Origin: Amphiscolops sp. MND2022
Lineage: Eukaryota
Length of the DNA stretch: 64,000 bases
Reading direction: 5' to 3'
Assembly (NCBI GenBank): GCA_964187785.1
Contig: OZ076409.1
Coordinates: forward strand, 34,536,001 to 34,600,000
Every line of letters starts with the position of its first letter. Position 1 is the stretch's first letter. The translations under genes and the position numbers were made by a program. The notes below the pieces were generated by a model, which saw nothing but the letters and a program-made list of their open reading frames with translations, was not told where the DNA came from and made no database searches. Of the stretch, positions 48,413 through 61,153 are shown piece after piece.

Positions 48413-50203
48413 TGTCGTAAGCACGGTTGTCCGTTAATGTGAATCCGTCTTTCTGACGGTCACCAAGTGTCTTACTCTTCAAATTGTTCCTAGAGTCTGA
48501 ATTACGCAGAACTTCAGAATATCCTTCCGGTCTCTCAGACGGAACGTTCCATCTCTCTTTGGTCATATGCCCAGAATTGGCCATAAGGGCATTTTGAATC
48601 TGGGGGAGTACTTGATTGCTTATAGCCTCACTTATAGCTTTGGATCTGAATATTAACACTGTCCATCATCTCATCCATCTCCCGCGATATGCGGGAATTT
48701 AATTCACTCGACAGTCTGTTGATCTCAGCGTTAGAACTACCTCTAACTGAGTTCTGTCCTAATTCGGCATTTGGACCAGGCTCGTCAGTTCTAGAGTTGG
48801 GCGATCTATTTTCATCCTCATTTTCAAATTCATCACCAAAAAGACTATTAGGTCTTCTGGCCTGATTACTATTTAAACTTTCACTTCTTTCATTCCTAAT
48901 AAAATGGTCTTCTCCAAGCATTATGTCTAAGTTCTCAATGTCGGATAACATTTCTGCTTCTCTTGATTTTCTTGCTTTCTTTTGCTTCCTTGTGGTAGGC
49001 ATTTAGATAGAAAGTCCGAGGTAAATATTGAATTATTATTTTCGGAAAATAAGAGTCAACTGTTTGGTACAAACGTATTACACTTGTGTGTCCCTCAGGA
49101 GTGAAACTCGTATATATACTCTCTGGGGTATGACTTTTACAAAAAGAATTTCACAAATGACATTCCAACATTCCTAATTAGGACATGGGACTAGTGTTTT
49201 GGCGGGATATTTACTGCAACTACTAGTAATTCCGGTCCAATCGGGAAATACTTTACATTCTATGATCGCAATTATTTATTATCAAAGGCGGCATCAAAAT
49301 ATATACTAGCATATCAAATGGAACTTCTGTCCATCAAAAGAACAAGCACTCATCAGGAATGTAAACAACATTACACACATTCTTTTCAGGCACGTGTCAC
49401 CACGCGACTTGAAATAAGCTTTGCAACGGTGTGAGGGACATCATGTTATTGGGCCTAATACGGCCAATCATCATGCTGATAATTACATGCATCGATCAAC
49501 CGATTAGCACCAAATATATGCACTACTTCACTGTTCAAAGACATATAGCAGCTTCTATGGCCGGAAATAGTCGGCTAATTAATAGGCAAGTACTAATGGA
49601 TTATGGTCTTAAGGACCTAGCGAAAGGTTGAGTGTTAGGGTGAAGCATGGATTATGGAAGGAGATCTGGTTATTATAAGAGTACAAATACAACAAACATA
49701 ACTTGTTTCATGTTAATTTAACACTTTATTTCAGCTTTGAACAAAAGGGACGGAACCGGCCATTTGACCAGAATATTAAAAGAGAATATTAAAAGCGCGG
49801 CAACTGGCCTTACTCGGCCATTAATTAAATAGCATCAACAAACGAGATTACATACTGCGATATGATTGGCTGAGGTAACGTGCTCAAGTGACGCTACCGG
49901 TACAGTGCCGTACGTCACTTGAACACGTTTCCTATACTGCCTTACAGTCGCTATTGCTTTCAATTATCGCATCAATTCTAACCATACATTAATTTGATTT
50001 GGATTACTCCACTTGTACTATTTTTAACAGACTAATTAATGTAACTGAATTAACAAAAATACAAAAGCGTGTTTTGTTACAAAACGTTAGCATAACAGTT
50101 TAAAAGTTTCAGTTTCAGAAAATTGGTAGAGTACCTGGTGCCGTTTCCTGATCTGCGGATGTCGTTGTGATCCTTGTGCCGTCACAGGCGGCAGCCTGCG
50201 ACA
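48413..50203 (-). repeat. Internal shared LTR (1791 bp)
   Basis: Copy of 34057-35849 with a 2-bp deletion and a handful of substitutions; abutted by the PBS. Confidence 0.9.
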
Positions 50204-50903
50204 CTGCAGGAGCGACGAAAAGCAGACTGCCCGCGTTCAGCCCGTTGATATAAGCTTCGCGCCTTAATCTCGTAATGTACTCCGGTTCGTCCCGCGGTGT
50301 TGACCTCTCCATATACCAGTTGACTTTCTCGTCCTTTATGTCATCTACGGACCTGCCACATACCAGACATCCTGTATAGCGCACTCTGCTGATGTCTTCG
50401 TAGGGTCGCGTATTTTGCACATGATAAGAGGCATGAAATCCGCTTGCAAAGGATTGTACTAAGGGAGTGTCATTGCTTGGTCCTTTCTCGTGTTCCGGCG
50501 GCGACATAGGAGACTCCGGTACCGGCAGCAGCGTCTTGCATAGCTCAATTCGCGTCTTCTCCACTCTCTTGGGTGGGGCGTAGCATCTCTCATGGTCGAA
50601 GTATCTTTGGTCCATTTTGGGGGTAGTGTCCTTGTGCGGCTGTGAGTTGCTTGGACCGGCTACCATGTGTTCCTCTTCGAAGTCGTCCGTGGTCATGATT
50701 CTGCCTCCTATCAGCATAGGGCTTGAAGTCACTTCTTTCTCTATTCTCGCGATGAGCTGCTCCGTGTCCGTAGAACAGTCCGTCTCCCATCCTTCTGACA
50801 GTTCGTCGTCGCTACTTGATATGTAAATCACTGAAGCTTCAGACTCATCCGAGCTATCTCCGTCGAAGTCAAATAATTTTCTTGCCAAGTTGTATTTAGA
50901 CAT
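50115..50903 (-). CDS. Accessory acidic SIM-like/CxxC ORF, second copy
   Basis: Two amino-acid differences from the 35761 copy. Confidence 0.7.
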   Translation of the reverse strand: MSKYNLARKLFDFDGDSSDESEASVIYISSSDDELSEGWETDCSTDTEQLIARIEKEVTSSPMLIGGRIMTTDDFEEEHMVAGPSNSQPHKDTTPKMDQRYFDHERCYAPPKRVEKTRIELCKTLLPVPESPMSPPEHEKGPSNDTPLVQSFASGFHASYHVQNTRPYEDISRVRYTGCLVCGRSVDDIKDEKVNWYMERSTPRDEPEYITRLRREAYINGLNAGSLLFVAPAVSQAAACDGTRITTTSADQETAPGTLPIF

Positions 50904-51846
50904 TATAATTTTCTTCGCAATTTTTGAAACTTGTGAGTCGACTGAACGGTGAGGAGATTCAAATTCAAATAAGTTTACCAACTCCCACCTCAAGACGAGT
51001 CGGGTAGTTTCCCGGGAGACTCGTTTCGGCGGTAGAATCTTAGGTTATTCGACCTTATCTGTCGTAAACTTTCATGAATAGAATTTCCAGCGGCGGTTAA
51101 TCCTTTGAAACTTAGGTAGGAACCCCCCATCTTCGTCTTCTCAAGTAGGTAGTCGGAGAGGTGTTAAGTTGACAACAACAAATAATTCCGCTTTCAAGTG
51201 GGTAATTAACATCAAGCTTGATAGTAATTAACGGCATGCGTCAGGTGAAGTCTACTAAAATGGCTTCAGCCAATCAAATTTGAGCTTCAGTAAATTTGAA
51301 AAATGAATAATAAAGATGGTGGAAAATAATAATTTTGAACAACTAAAATGGCGAAAATAATAAATCGAAATAATTCAAAATGGCGAAAATAACAATTTAA
51401 GTAACTATAATAACGGAAATCCCAATTAGGGTAACAAACGAAATGGAACAAGATGACAAACCGAAATGGGGTAAACGGCCGTAATCGGCCAATAATTTCA
51501 TAAGTTGTAAATAATGAAGTAATTTTTGTACATTTCGCTGGCAGACTCCATGTACAGAATAAATATGTAAATAATCCCGTAATATTAGTCTGGTAATAAT
51601 CTTCAGCCACGAACTCCAACTTTCTAATTTCTTCAATTCTTCTACCCAATTCCAATTCCATTTTAATTCAAATTATCTTCTATTTATCTCTTCTCGACTT
51701 ATAGTTATTTCCCTCAAACGACACTTCTTAGCCGATTCTTCACCCCAAAGCAACCCTCGATCCTTCTCCTCCAGCCGGTTTCGGCCATATCCATCAGCCT
51801 CTTCAGTCGTACAAGGACTCGTTCCCTCATTCGATTCAGTTCAAGG

Positions 51847-54800
51847 ATGTCTTCATCTGAAGGTTGGTTTGTTTTTATTCCGAACTAAATTTAACTTGAT
51901 CAGGGTTAAATTCGTTCACAACATGCTTCCTGTTCCCATTAGTAAACGCGTGATAACACGTTTTATTCAAATTTTCAAACACTTCCGGAAGTTTTCTAAT
52001 GCGGTAAAATGGATTCTTTTCAAGGAAGCTCACCGCCAAATTTCATCTCTTTCTGTTTAGAGAATCAGAGTATAGATGAAGCTCAAACTCCAACCAACAC
52101 CGTGGAGAACAACCTTACTCAGTCTGATCAAACGTTGGGTCAATTGCCTGAATCGACTGCTAATCTTGAGCTGGGACCTCTCCCACCTCTTCTTCCCCAC
52201 AATAGAGCCGTATCTTTCCAGGGCCAGAACATGATTGAATCCCCTCTAAGTACTGATAGCAACGTGGATGTCACTACTTATGCAACTGAGATGGTTCAAC
52301 GGATGGAGGCAACTCAAATTGCTGTGTCACCGCCAGTAATGAGAACAGATGTAGACAAGCTTGTAGAGGCTTCCAATACGGAGGGTCTGTGCACACCCCC
52401 ACCAGTTGACCCCAGGAAAATTAGTACTCCCAAGCAGATTAGCCAGGACCCAGGAGAATCGCCGAGTTTGTCTCAGCTCGAGTCGCTTCTACAAATTGCC
52501 CCTACCACTTCCTCTGGATTTCCAGAACTACAAGTTGGTATAGACACGTCAAGAGGGATTCCTGGAGTATCTTCTTTACAAGGTGAAGAAGATTCTTCTT
52601 CCATAATCAGTGGCCCCCCTCCATTACCAAAAGGGAAAACCCGAGAGATTGAACTAACGAGTGATATGGATACCTCAGGAGCAGCATCCGGGATTGATGA
52701 CCTTCCCCCTCTTTATGGTGCAATTCCAGGGTGTTCAGAGCTCGATTCCGAGAAGGACAGCGATACTGAACTTGATGAATACATCAACAACCCACTCAGG
52801 ACACCGGCGGCCGGGACCTCGCAACAAGAAGAACCTTTAAGGGAGCTGTCTGGGCGTAGCAGAGCCATCTTAAAACAGTATTTCGAAACTGAAGATCCTT
52901 ACACTTTCCCTGTAGGTCACCGGACAGTGGCTTTCACTGAGCCCCAGATTTACCACCTGTTGAGAGTCCTGACCGACGAGGCAATCAGCATGACCTGTAC
53001 AACAATGGAGCAAATGGTCATAGGTGCAGTAAGAGGGAGACCAGCCACGGCACCCTCTAGAACCAAGCAATTCCGAAGCCGCGCTCAGACTCCTAGACCC
53101 CAGCAAGTTGGAAGTACCAGTTCCGAAGGGTTCATTACCGATCCCGAACAGGATTCTGAAGCCAGTGGGGATTTTAGTACGTCGCTCGAGACCGGAGGAA
53201 TATCAATGCTGGACGATACTGATAGTTCTGGAGAAATGGCCCTGATAGCTGACAGTTTTAGGAAGACATCGAACAAGGACGTCAGACCTGAACAGCACAC
53301 GTCTATACCACTTGGGTCAGTTGGCAGAGGAGACGAATCCACCGGACAAAGTAGCCTGGATGTCACACTGTCAGAAGTGCGGGAGCAGTCCTCGACTCAA
53401 AAACCTCGAAGTAGAAAACTTGTCAAAAGGACCTCCAAGGCCAAAACCACCCAGAGACGAGGAGTACCAATGCGGGAGGAGTTCTTCTCCAAGATTGGGT
53501 GGACTCGGTCCTTCATATCTGGTCCTGCAGACCCCCTTCACAATCCGCATATGGTGTGGTGCCATATGTGTAAGAAAAATTTCTCAATCAAGACGAAAGG
53601 GGTTGTCGAGATCCTAAGGCATCACAGGACAGAGAAACACCTTCGAAAAGATCAACGTTGGCGCTATGAGCACCTCAAGACCGTCGACCCCATCACAGGA
53701 AAAGTCCAACACAGGGTCAGAGGGAGGAATGGGAAGATCCTAAGCAAAGTTGAGTTGGCACAAGAACTCCCAAAGTTCATCCATACCGAACTTGTAGACG
53801 TGGGAGAAAGGTTTCCCTTTTATGAGGACTACCTCAAGGGAAGTACTACTGCCTTGGTAACTCCCCAGTCACGGGCCAAAACCCAAATCTGCCTCATCGG
53901 AGACTTCATTCAAAGACAGGGAGATTTAACCGTCCTTCGGAATCTATGGTCAAGAGTGGGGTCTTTCACTGATTACCAGGCAGCTTTCCACGATTTCGAT
54001 TGGAGTGAGGAAAGGATCACAGTAAGTATAACTTGTGTGCCTTGTTCGTTATCTAGTCACATGATAGCATATTGACAGGCATATATACACGCGCATATAT
54101 ATACATAAATAAACACACGTGAGCTAACATAAGTGAAATTGTGGCACCCAGTAAATACAGTCCTTTCCATTTCAGGCTATATTCCAGCACATCTTCAATT
54201 GTGTGATGGAAGATATAGCTGAACAAGTGAACTCAGCACAGCATTTCTCCATTGAATTCGAGGACAGTGGGACAGATCGCCTGATGTTCCTGCGCTATTG
54301 GAGGGAGACTAAACTCTGTAGAGTTTTCATCTGCCGGAGTGCGCTTCCTGCTGCCGATCTCACTGGCGAATTGGGATCTTTGTCGCGGTTGTTATCAGTG
54401 GTGTCAACTGACCCCGATATAGTAGCCTGTTCAGGCTGCTCAGTTGACTACATACGAGCAATTGACCAGCATCCTTCCTATTCACGAGGCATTCAGAGCT
54501 GTTTCCGTTTTGAAACACTTGATCTGCGGCTCTTGATGCACAAGTACACATACAGCGTGTTTGGCCGGATTGATATGTTCTCCGTCCTCCAGTGCCTCCT
54601 CGTTTCCCTGGGCGGTTCTGTCACAGAAGACTGGGTCCTAGAATCGCCTGAACTCACCCGAGTTAGTATATTTTGCTCAATTCAGATAGTAGCATCCTAC
54701 GCAGTGGATAGGACGTGAACCATACTATATGTTTTGCAATTACATTGTATTTAGGCTGTTACCACCTGCAGACTGGAAGTGGACAAGCTCCCCGATTTGT

Positions 54801-56201
54801 GTCGGGATTTACTCAAGCGGTGGAAATCAGTTCTTCGTTATTTGACCGTCCATTCTCACCGACAGGAGAACCAGGGAGTGCACAACAAGGTCCAGAGCTT
54901 TGAGTGGTCCTTGATATCGGACGAGTTCTTCGCCGTCAGGCTGGAATTCTTTCAACGTCTCGTAAATGACTGTAAGTAAACTATGCTTTGACATGTTTCA
55001 GTCACATGTCCGTATATGGACCCTTTTGATTTATGTTTTAGATGTGGCCAGCTTCTCAGTCAATCTCTCCCATAGACGGGATGCAACCTTCTATCTCTGT
55101 GGGGAGGTTTGCAAGTTCATCAGTCGACTCTGCTTTCGGGTGTACCAACCTGACACCATTCCCCTCGAGAGTGCTTGGTTTCTCCTGCTGGATTTTAGGA
55201 CTAGCGACGGGAAGTTCATGCAGGACGACGAGTTCTTGGTCAGACTTAAGATGACCAACAAGGTGGCTAGCGCTAGTAATCTGAAAGCTGCAGGATTACA
55301 TTTTAACAAGAAGTCAAGTAAGGCTGCCATTGATAAAACGGCTGATGCAGCCAAGACCGACTTTGTGACCAGTGCCAAGAAATATATTGAATTTCTCCTG
55401 GGAGCTGTCTTACAACACACTGGCCTTAGCTCCGATCTTATCAAGGGGTTGGCTGCTTTCGACCCTTATATTATGATGAAACGCCCCACCGATGTGGCCC
55501 TCCGACATTTCAGTGTCTTGTATACCACATTCCAGTTGCGTTCCTGGGTCACTGAGTTAAATGAGGCTGCATGCAGGGATGAGTATCTGGCGTTGTTGGA
55601 TTATCTCCGAACTTACCATTCTTCCGACCCGAGCTTCACTGATGAGCCAATTGACCTCATTGAGTTCCTCATGGGTCTTGATTTCCTCCAGACGCATGAG
55701 CATATTCGTTACCTTTTCAAACTATGCTGTTTGTGTTTAACCTCTGTCAGTCCCCGGTATCCAGCTGTGACCATGGGGAAGGTGGACACACAAGGCCTCC
55801 AGACTCGGGTATCTGATGTAGTTCTGCCTTGTCAAAGCTACTTATCTGAGGTTTCCGGATCCTTGGCCCTTTGCTGTACTGATGTTAATCTCGAGAAGTT
55901 TTCCTTACTCTCCTCTTCGTTCGGGCAATCTGGACTCTGCTCTGATTATGATCCCTGGACGTATGTGGATAACTTCGGGCGCTCTTCGATTTACAAATCC
56001 TTCATGTCTTCTCATCGCTCGGTTGCTTCCGCAGAAGTGGGTGCTGCAGATGTTACTGTGGCCAGCGTTCCTTCTGTACGAGATGCCCCAGCTGTTAAAT
56101 TGCCCAGTGGCACTAAGCGAAAACGTATGGAAAGGAGCCAGTCTCGGTCCAGATCATCTTCTGTTGTGATGGAGGCTTCTACCAGCACTTCTAAAGACTA
56201 A
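51847..56201 (+). CDS. Antisense 5-exon gene, ~1279-aa zinc-finger / degenerate hAT-transposase-like protein, intact copy
   Basis: Exons 51847-51862, 52061-54021, 54176-54661, 54755-54971, 55042-56201 sum to 3840 nt and are open; contains WCHMCKKNFSI..G..EILRHHRTEKH finger. Confidence 0.8.
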
Positions 56202-56432
56202 TTGTGCATATGTATATATGTACATCTCGAGACTGTAATTGTTGTTGATTTGTTCTTTTGTATATTTTAGTTGTGATTCTATTTCTATGGCTCCGTGTTT
56301 ATTTATTTGAAAAGGGGTCTCTTGCACGTCCCATCATTTGTTCAAAAAATTTGCTTCTATGGGACAAAAAGAAAACGTTAAAGAAAAGAAAATAGGTTCG
56401 GGGCTCATTTCCTGACCTAAATTCAGTCTTTC

Positions 56433-59400
56433 TTAGTATCTGAAGTCTTCTGAGTAGTTCGGATTAGGGTTTGGCCTGAGATTATATTTCCCTCCTCTAG
56501 GGCTCAGACTTTCATTTCTAGCATCGTTTTCGGATATTTCGGGCACGATAATATCATCCCCCCTTTTTGGAGAGTTTTGTGCATCGTTTTCATTCATTGA
56601 ATTTCTTTCTGAAAAAATTTCATTATTTTCCGGTCCATCTGCCGTATTCGGCAAAGAATTTTCTTGGTTTTTCGGGAAAACGGCCGGATTCGGCCAATCA
56701 GATTTGTTATTTTCTGTCGCTGCAGTAGCTTCATTTCTTTCAGTGACGTCATCATTCAATCGTTCATCTCGGCTGTGCGACGTACGATCGGTAAGATTTG
56801 ATTCGTCACTCGTGATTACATAATCCACTTCATTCTCGCTTGCGTCACTTGCATTCGCTTCTGCCGTACTCGGCTGTTCGTCATTCGTCAAGCTGGCTGG
56901 AATAGGCTCGCTGCCTCGCGTATCTAGCTGTTCGCCAAAATTTGTTTCCCACGTTATTACATACAAGTCGTCTTGCGGAATGATTATTTCGTCATCCGGC
57001 TGTAGACGCTGTTCTCGGAAATTGTCCTCAAGTGGCTGATTTGGAACAAACTTTTTGAGACGAATTCGATGCAAGATCTGCGTTCTATTTGTATTAAGCC
57101 TGCGGACAATGTAATTCTCATTAGGTAAGGTCTTCTGGACTATAAATGGTCCAACCCAGCGATAATCCCTGAATGGAATTTTTGATCCTTGATGATCCGC
57201 TTTCGGCTGTAATACAAAACAATAATCGCCCTCTTTGAGTGGGGCGGCTTTTGCTTTTCGGTCGTAATACTCCTTATATTTGATATATGACTGCATGATG
57301 TTCTGCTTTGTTTTGTCAATAAGGAGTTTGGTCCGGTTCTGGATTTCTTCTGCGAATTCAGTAGTCGGATGGATTGGTTCATTTGGATTCATTCCAAGTT
57401 TGTGATCCAAGATGTTGTATGGGATTCTCCCATGGAACACTCTTGTGGGTTCGCATCCGATACTGGCATGATAACTAGTGTTATGATTGAGAACTGCTAA
57501 AGGCAAATATTTATGCCATTGTCGGCGATATTCCCCACATGCCATTTTCAGGTTCGTTTTCAATGAGGCATGTGTTCGCTCTAATTTCCCGATAGTTTGC
57601 GGGTGTTTCGTCGTTGCACATTTTAGGGTAATGCCTAAAATCTGTGTAATTTCCGCAATGATCGTGGAAGTAAAGGCAGTTCCTTTGTCCGTAATGAGCG
57701 TCGTCGGTAGGTAAGAATGTTTGGTCATAATATCTATGATTGCTTTAGCTACATTGATCGCTGATGCGTCCGTAAGGGGATAAGCGAACAAGTATCGAGA
57801 GAAGACATCAATTGCGGTTAAAATATTTTCGTATCCTCCACTTGGGGGAAGATTCGGCAATAAGTCGATTTGCATGGCGTCTTCGGGTCCAAGGTCCCAT
57901 TCCGGCAAGTTAAGTAGTTCAGGCGTGATTGTTGCGTTTGGGACTCGTTTGTCCTTTGCACATTGTTCACACCCTTCTACCCACTTTTTGACATATTTTG
58001 CCATGTTAGGGTAATAATACCTTTGTCTGATTTCCTGCAACATTTTTGAAATCCCGGGATGTTTATGCGCTGTCCCGTGAAGGGAGTGGAGCAATTCCCG
58101 GAGGTGTTGCGGGAGCAAAATTTGATGGTATTTAACATTCCCCGTTTCATCAAAATATTGCCTTGTCAGGATTTCGTCCTTTAGTACAATTCGTTCCAGA
58201 TTATTTGTATAATGTCTATATCGGGCATCCTGTTGCAGTATGTTTTCTGAATAGTCTTCGTGAAGGAGCTTTGCCTTCAGTTGTTGCAATACTGCATCTT
58301 TGGACTGCTCGATGATTATCTGGTTTGTTTTCTTTAATCGGACTTGAATGTCTGGTTGTTGTTTGACCAGATTGGTTGACAGAGTTTCTATGGTAACAGT
58401 GGGCTCGTCAATTGCTGGATTTTTCCTGATTGCTTCTTTTCTTGCCCAAAACTGTTCTTCTGTTTCGTTGTCGTCATTCGTATAGAATATTTGTTCTTCC
58501 TGTGATACCCCCGCAGATTGAACATTTATCTCAATGGGTAAAGTTTGTACGTCTTCGCGGATTTTCATGACTAATTTATCCTTCGGATCTGCCTCCAATC
58601 GGGACAAATAGTCAGCTGCTGTGTTCTGTGCCCCCGGGATATGTGCTATGACAAAATTGAACTGAATTACATAATCACATGCATTCCACAGGGCTGGGGG
58701 TATTATTTTTGTTTGAAAAAATCTCGTCACAGCTTTGTTGTCTGTGAGGATAATGACCGGTTTGGGTGCACCCCAGAATATATGTCCAAATTCTTTGAAT
58801 GCAAAATAAATTGCAAGAAACTCTTTGGCATATATCGACATCTTTATCTGGGCTGGGGTGAAGGTTTTAGAGCCATAAGCCACCGGTGCATAGGATTTCC
58901 GAAGGGAAGTAAATTTCTGGTTCGGATTATCTTCTATCAGTACTGCGTATCCTGCTGCGCCAAAACTTGCATCTGTCATTAATGCAATTTGCTTGTTCGG
59001 GATGGGTTGTTGTAGGGCCAAGTCGCAACATTTGTCTAGTGCTTTATTGATTTCTTCGAATTGTTGGACTAATTCTTTCGATACTAGGACTTTTTCGTCA
59101 CTTCTTAGCATCTTGTAGAATGGAGCAAGGCGTTCGGAGAGTCTTGTGATATAATTCCTGTAGTAATTTAGGAATCCCAAATATCGTTGTAAAGCCTTTT
59201 TCGACTTCGGGAATTTGGTCTTTTCCAGAAAGTTTTGCACGTTCTGTTTCTGGGGTTTGACGCCTTGCGGGGTAATAGTTCTTCCGAGAAAATCAATTTC
59301 TTTGGCACCAAAGTGACATTTGTGCATTGTCAATTTAAGGCCTGCTTCCTGAATGCATTTGATGTAGCTCTCAGGTTAGCTATGAGGTGGTCAGCGTCGT

Positions 59401-61072
59401 TTGCTGCAATGCCTATATCGTCCACGTACTGGGCACACTGATCCGCTTTGATGACTTTGTCGAGGTATTCTCTCATAAAACTCGAGAATGCGGATAGTGA
59501 CCGGCTAAGGCCTTGTGCCAAACGTCTGTAGGCGAATGTGCGACTGGCAAAATTGAAAGCCAACATTTCTATTGAACGTTGGTCGGCCATTGGTAGGCAA
59601 TGGTATGCCTGCGAACAGTCTAATTTACAGAATAGTTTTTTGCCTGCCAAGTGTTGGGCAGCATCAACCAAGGTGCTAACAGGGTGATTATTGTTTATAT
59701 AATCATCCGAGATGAGGTTGTTGATTTTTCTCAAGTCAACTAAAAGTCGTAGCTTCCCGTTTGGTTTCTTTTGGGCGAATATTGGGCTTGCATACTTTGA
59801 GAACGGTAGAGTGGTGATGATGCCATATTTGTGTAACATGGCTAATTCGACTAGGATGTCCTCCTTCAAGTTGATAGGAGCTGGAAGACTTTGACTATAG
59901 GCTGGGGAATCGTCTTTAGGTGTCAGTTTCACCTTGAAGTCCTCGTTCATGCCTATATCGAATCGGTGTCGTGCAAAGATGTCGTGGAATTCCACTAACA
60001 ATTCTTCTATTTTCTCCTTCTCTTCAGGAGTAAGGGTGGAATCTTTCCAATCAAAGTTTTCTAAGAATTTCACACGTGATTCTTCGTCTTTGGTGGGGTC
60101 AAGTGTCTCTAGGTCCTGTAAGGCCTGTAATTCTTGAAGGATTCGCTTTTGTATGGGCGTATGTTCCTCAGGGTTTCCAGGGTTTTCTGGAGTTGGGAAC
60201 CAGTAGTTTTCAGTGTTTTGTGGATTTCTGTTCGTCTTGATCAGGCTACTGATGTAATGGGCTGCTTGCTCTTGGTCGTTTTGCAACAAATGCCAGGTTG
60301 ATGCCGGGTCTACCGGTTTGACGTATTTCATTTGTTCTGGCGTCATGACAGAGAAATTGGCAATATGTAATCCCTTTTTGAGTTTATAAGGATGGTCTGT
60401 GAAATTGTTCACTGGTATCAATATATTGCCATCATTCAGAGTGACCAAGGCTGGGCAGAATGTGATGTCGCCTTCTTCATGTAGAAGGTCGCTCGGTTGT
60501 AAAATTCCAGTGACAGCATTCTCAGGGTACAGTTGGGAATTGGTCCTGATTAGGACTCTGTCATTCGGCGGAATGGTTATTTCAGTAGGGTTGAGAATTG
60601 GTTCTAGCACATTTGAGTATTTATGGTCAGCTGTTTTTAGCTGCATTGAAAAGAACGGGAAGTTCAGGATTCCTTGCCTCATGTCCAGAACTGTATGATT
60701 TCGCTGGAGGAACATTAGTCCTATGATTGGTCCTGTCAGATGTTCCATTACTATGAAGATTTCATGGAACTCAATGTCACCAACTTCGAATTTAAGCTCT
60801 ATGGTACTTTTAGGAGTTTCCAGTTGCCCATTAGCGACCATGATTTGGAAGTTTGGAGGCGGACCCTCTCGGATAACTGATTGTGGTGAAAGGAGTCTAA
60901 TTTTCCGGAGGTCCATTTCGGGGATTGCACTGGACAGCGCTCCAGTGTCGATGAGTCCATCAATGGTCAATTCCCCAAAGTCCATAGGGAAATATAGCAT
61001 GCGTTTCTTGCATTTCAAGTTTATGTTGGTAGACAGGGGTATACAGTCTGGTTCACCTTCTCTGGTAATAAG
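56433..61072 (-). pseudogene. pol: Gypsy Pol, second copy: 5'-truncated with a frameshift in RT
   Basis: Near-identical to 42079-46722; 1-bp deletion near 59362 and 3-bp deletion near 58103. Confidence 0.95.
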
Positions 61073-61083
61073 AGTGCCAGTTT

Positions 61084-61153
61084 CCTGGTGCCGTTTCCTG
61101 ATCTGCGGATGTCGTTGTGATCCTTGTGCCGTCACAGGCGGCAGCCTGCGACA
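61084..61153 (-). repeat. 5' LTR remnant (outer 70 bp)
   Basis: Identical to 35780-35849 and followed by the TSD CGAAG. Confidence 0.9.

Larger units (their letters stand above)
47283..49002 (-). pseudogene. gag: Gag (~573 aa if repaired) with two zinc knuckles; 2-bp deletion near 48638
   Basis: CNYCKEKGHMVKDC and CGTCGKKNHPEERC; ATAGCTTTGG here vs ATAGCTCTTTGG in the 3' LTR. Confidence 0.9.
34057..61153 (-). mobile_element. Tandem (three-LTR) Ty3/Gypsy LTR retrotransposon, 14,354-bp unit
   Basis: Ends TGTCG...CGACA; TSD CGAAG at 34052-34056 and 61154-61158; gag plus pol in PR-RT-RH-INT order; ORFs repeat at +14354. Confidence 0.95.
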
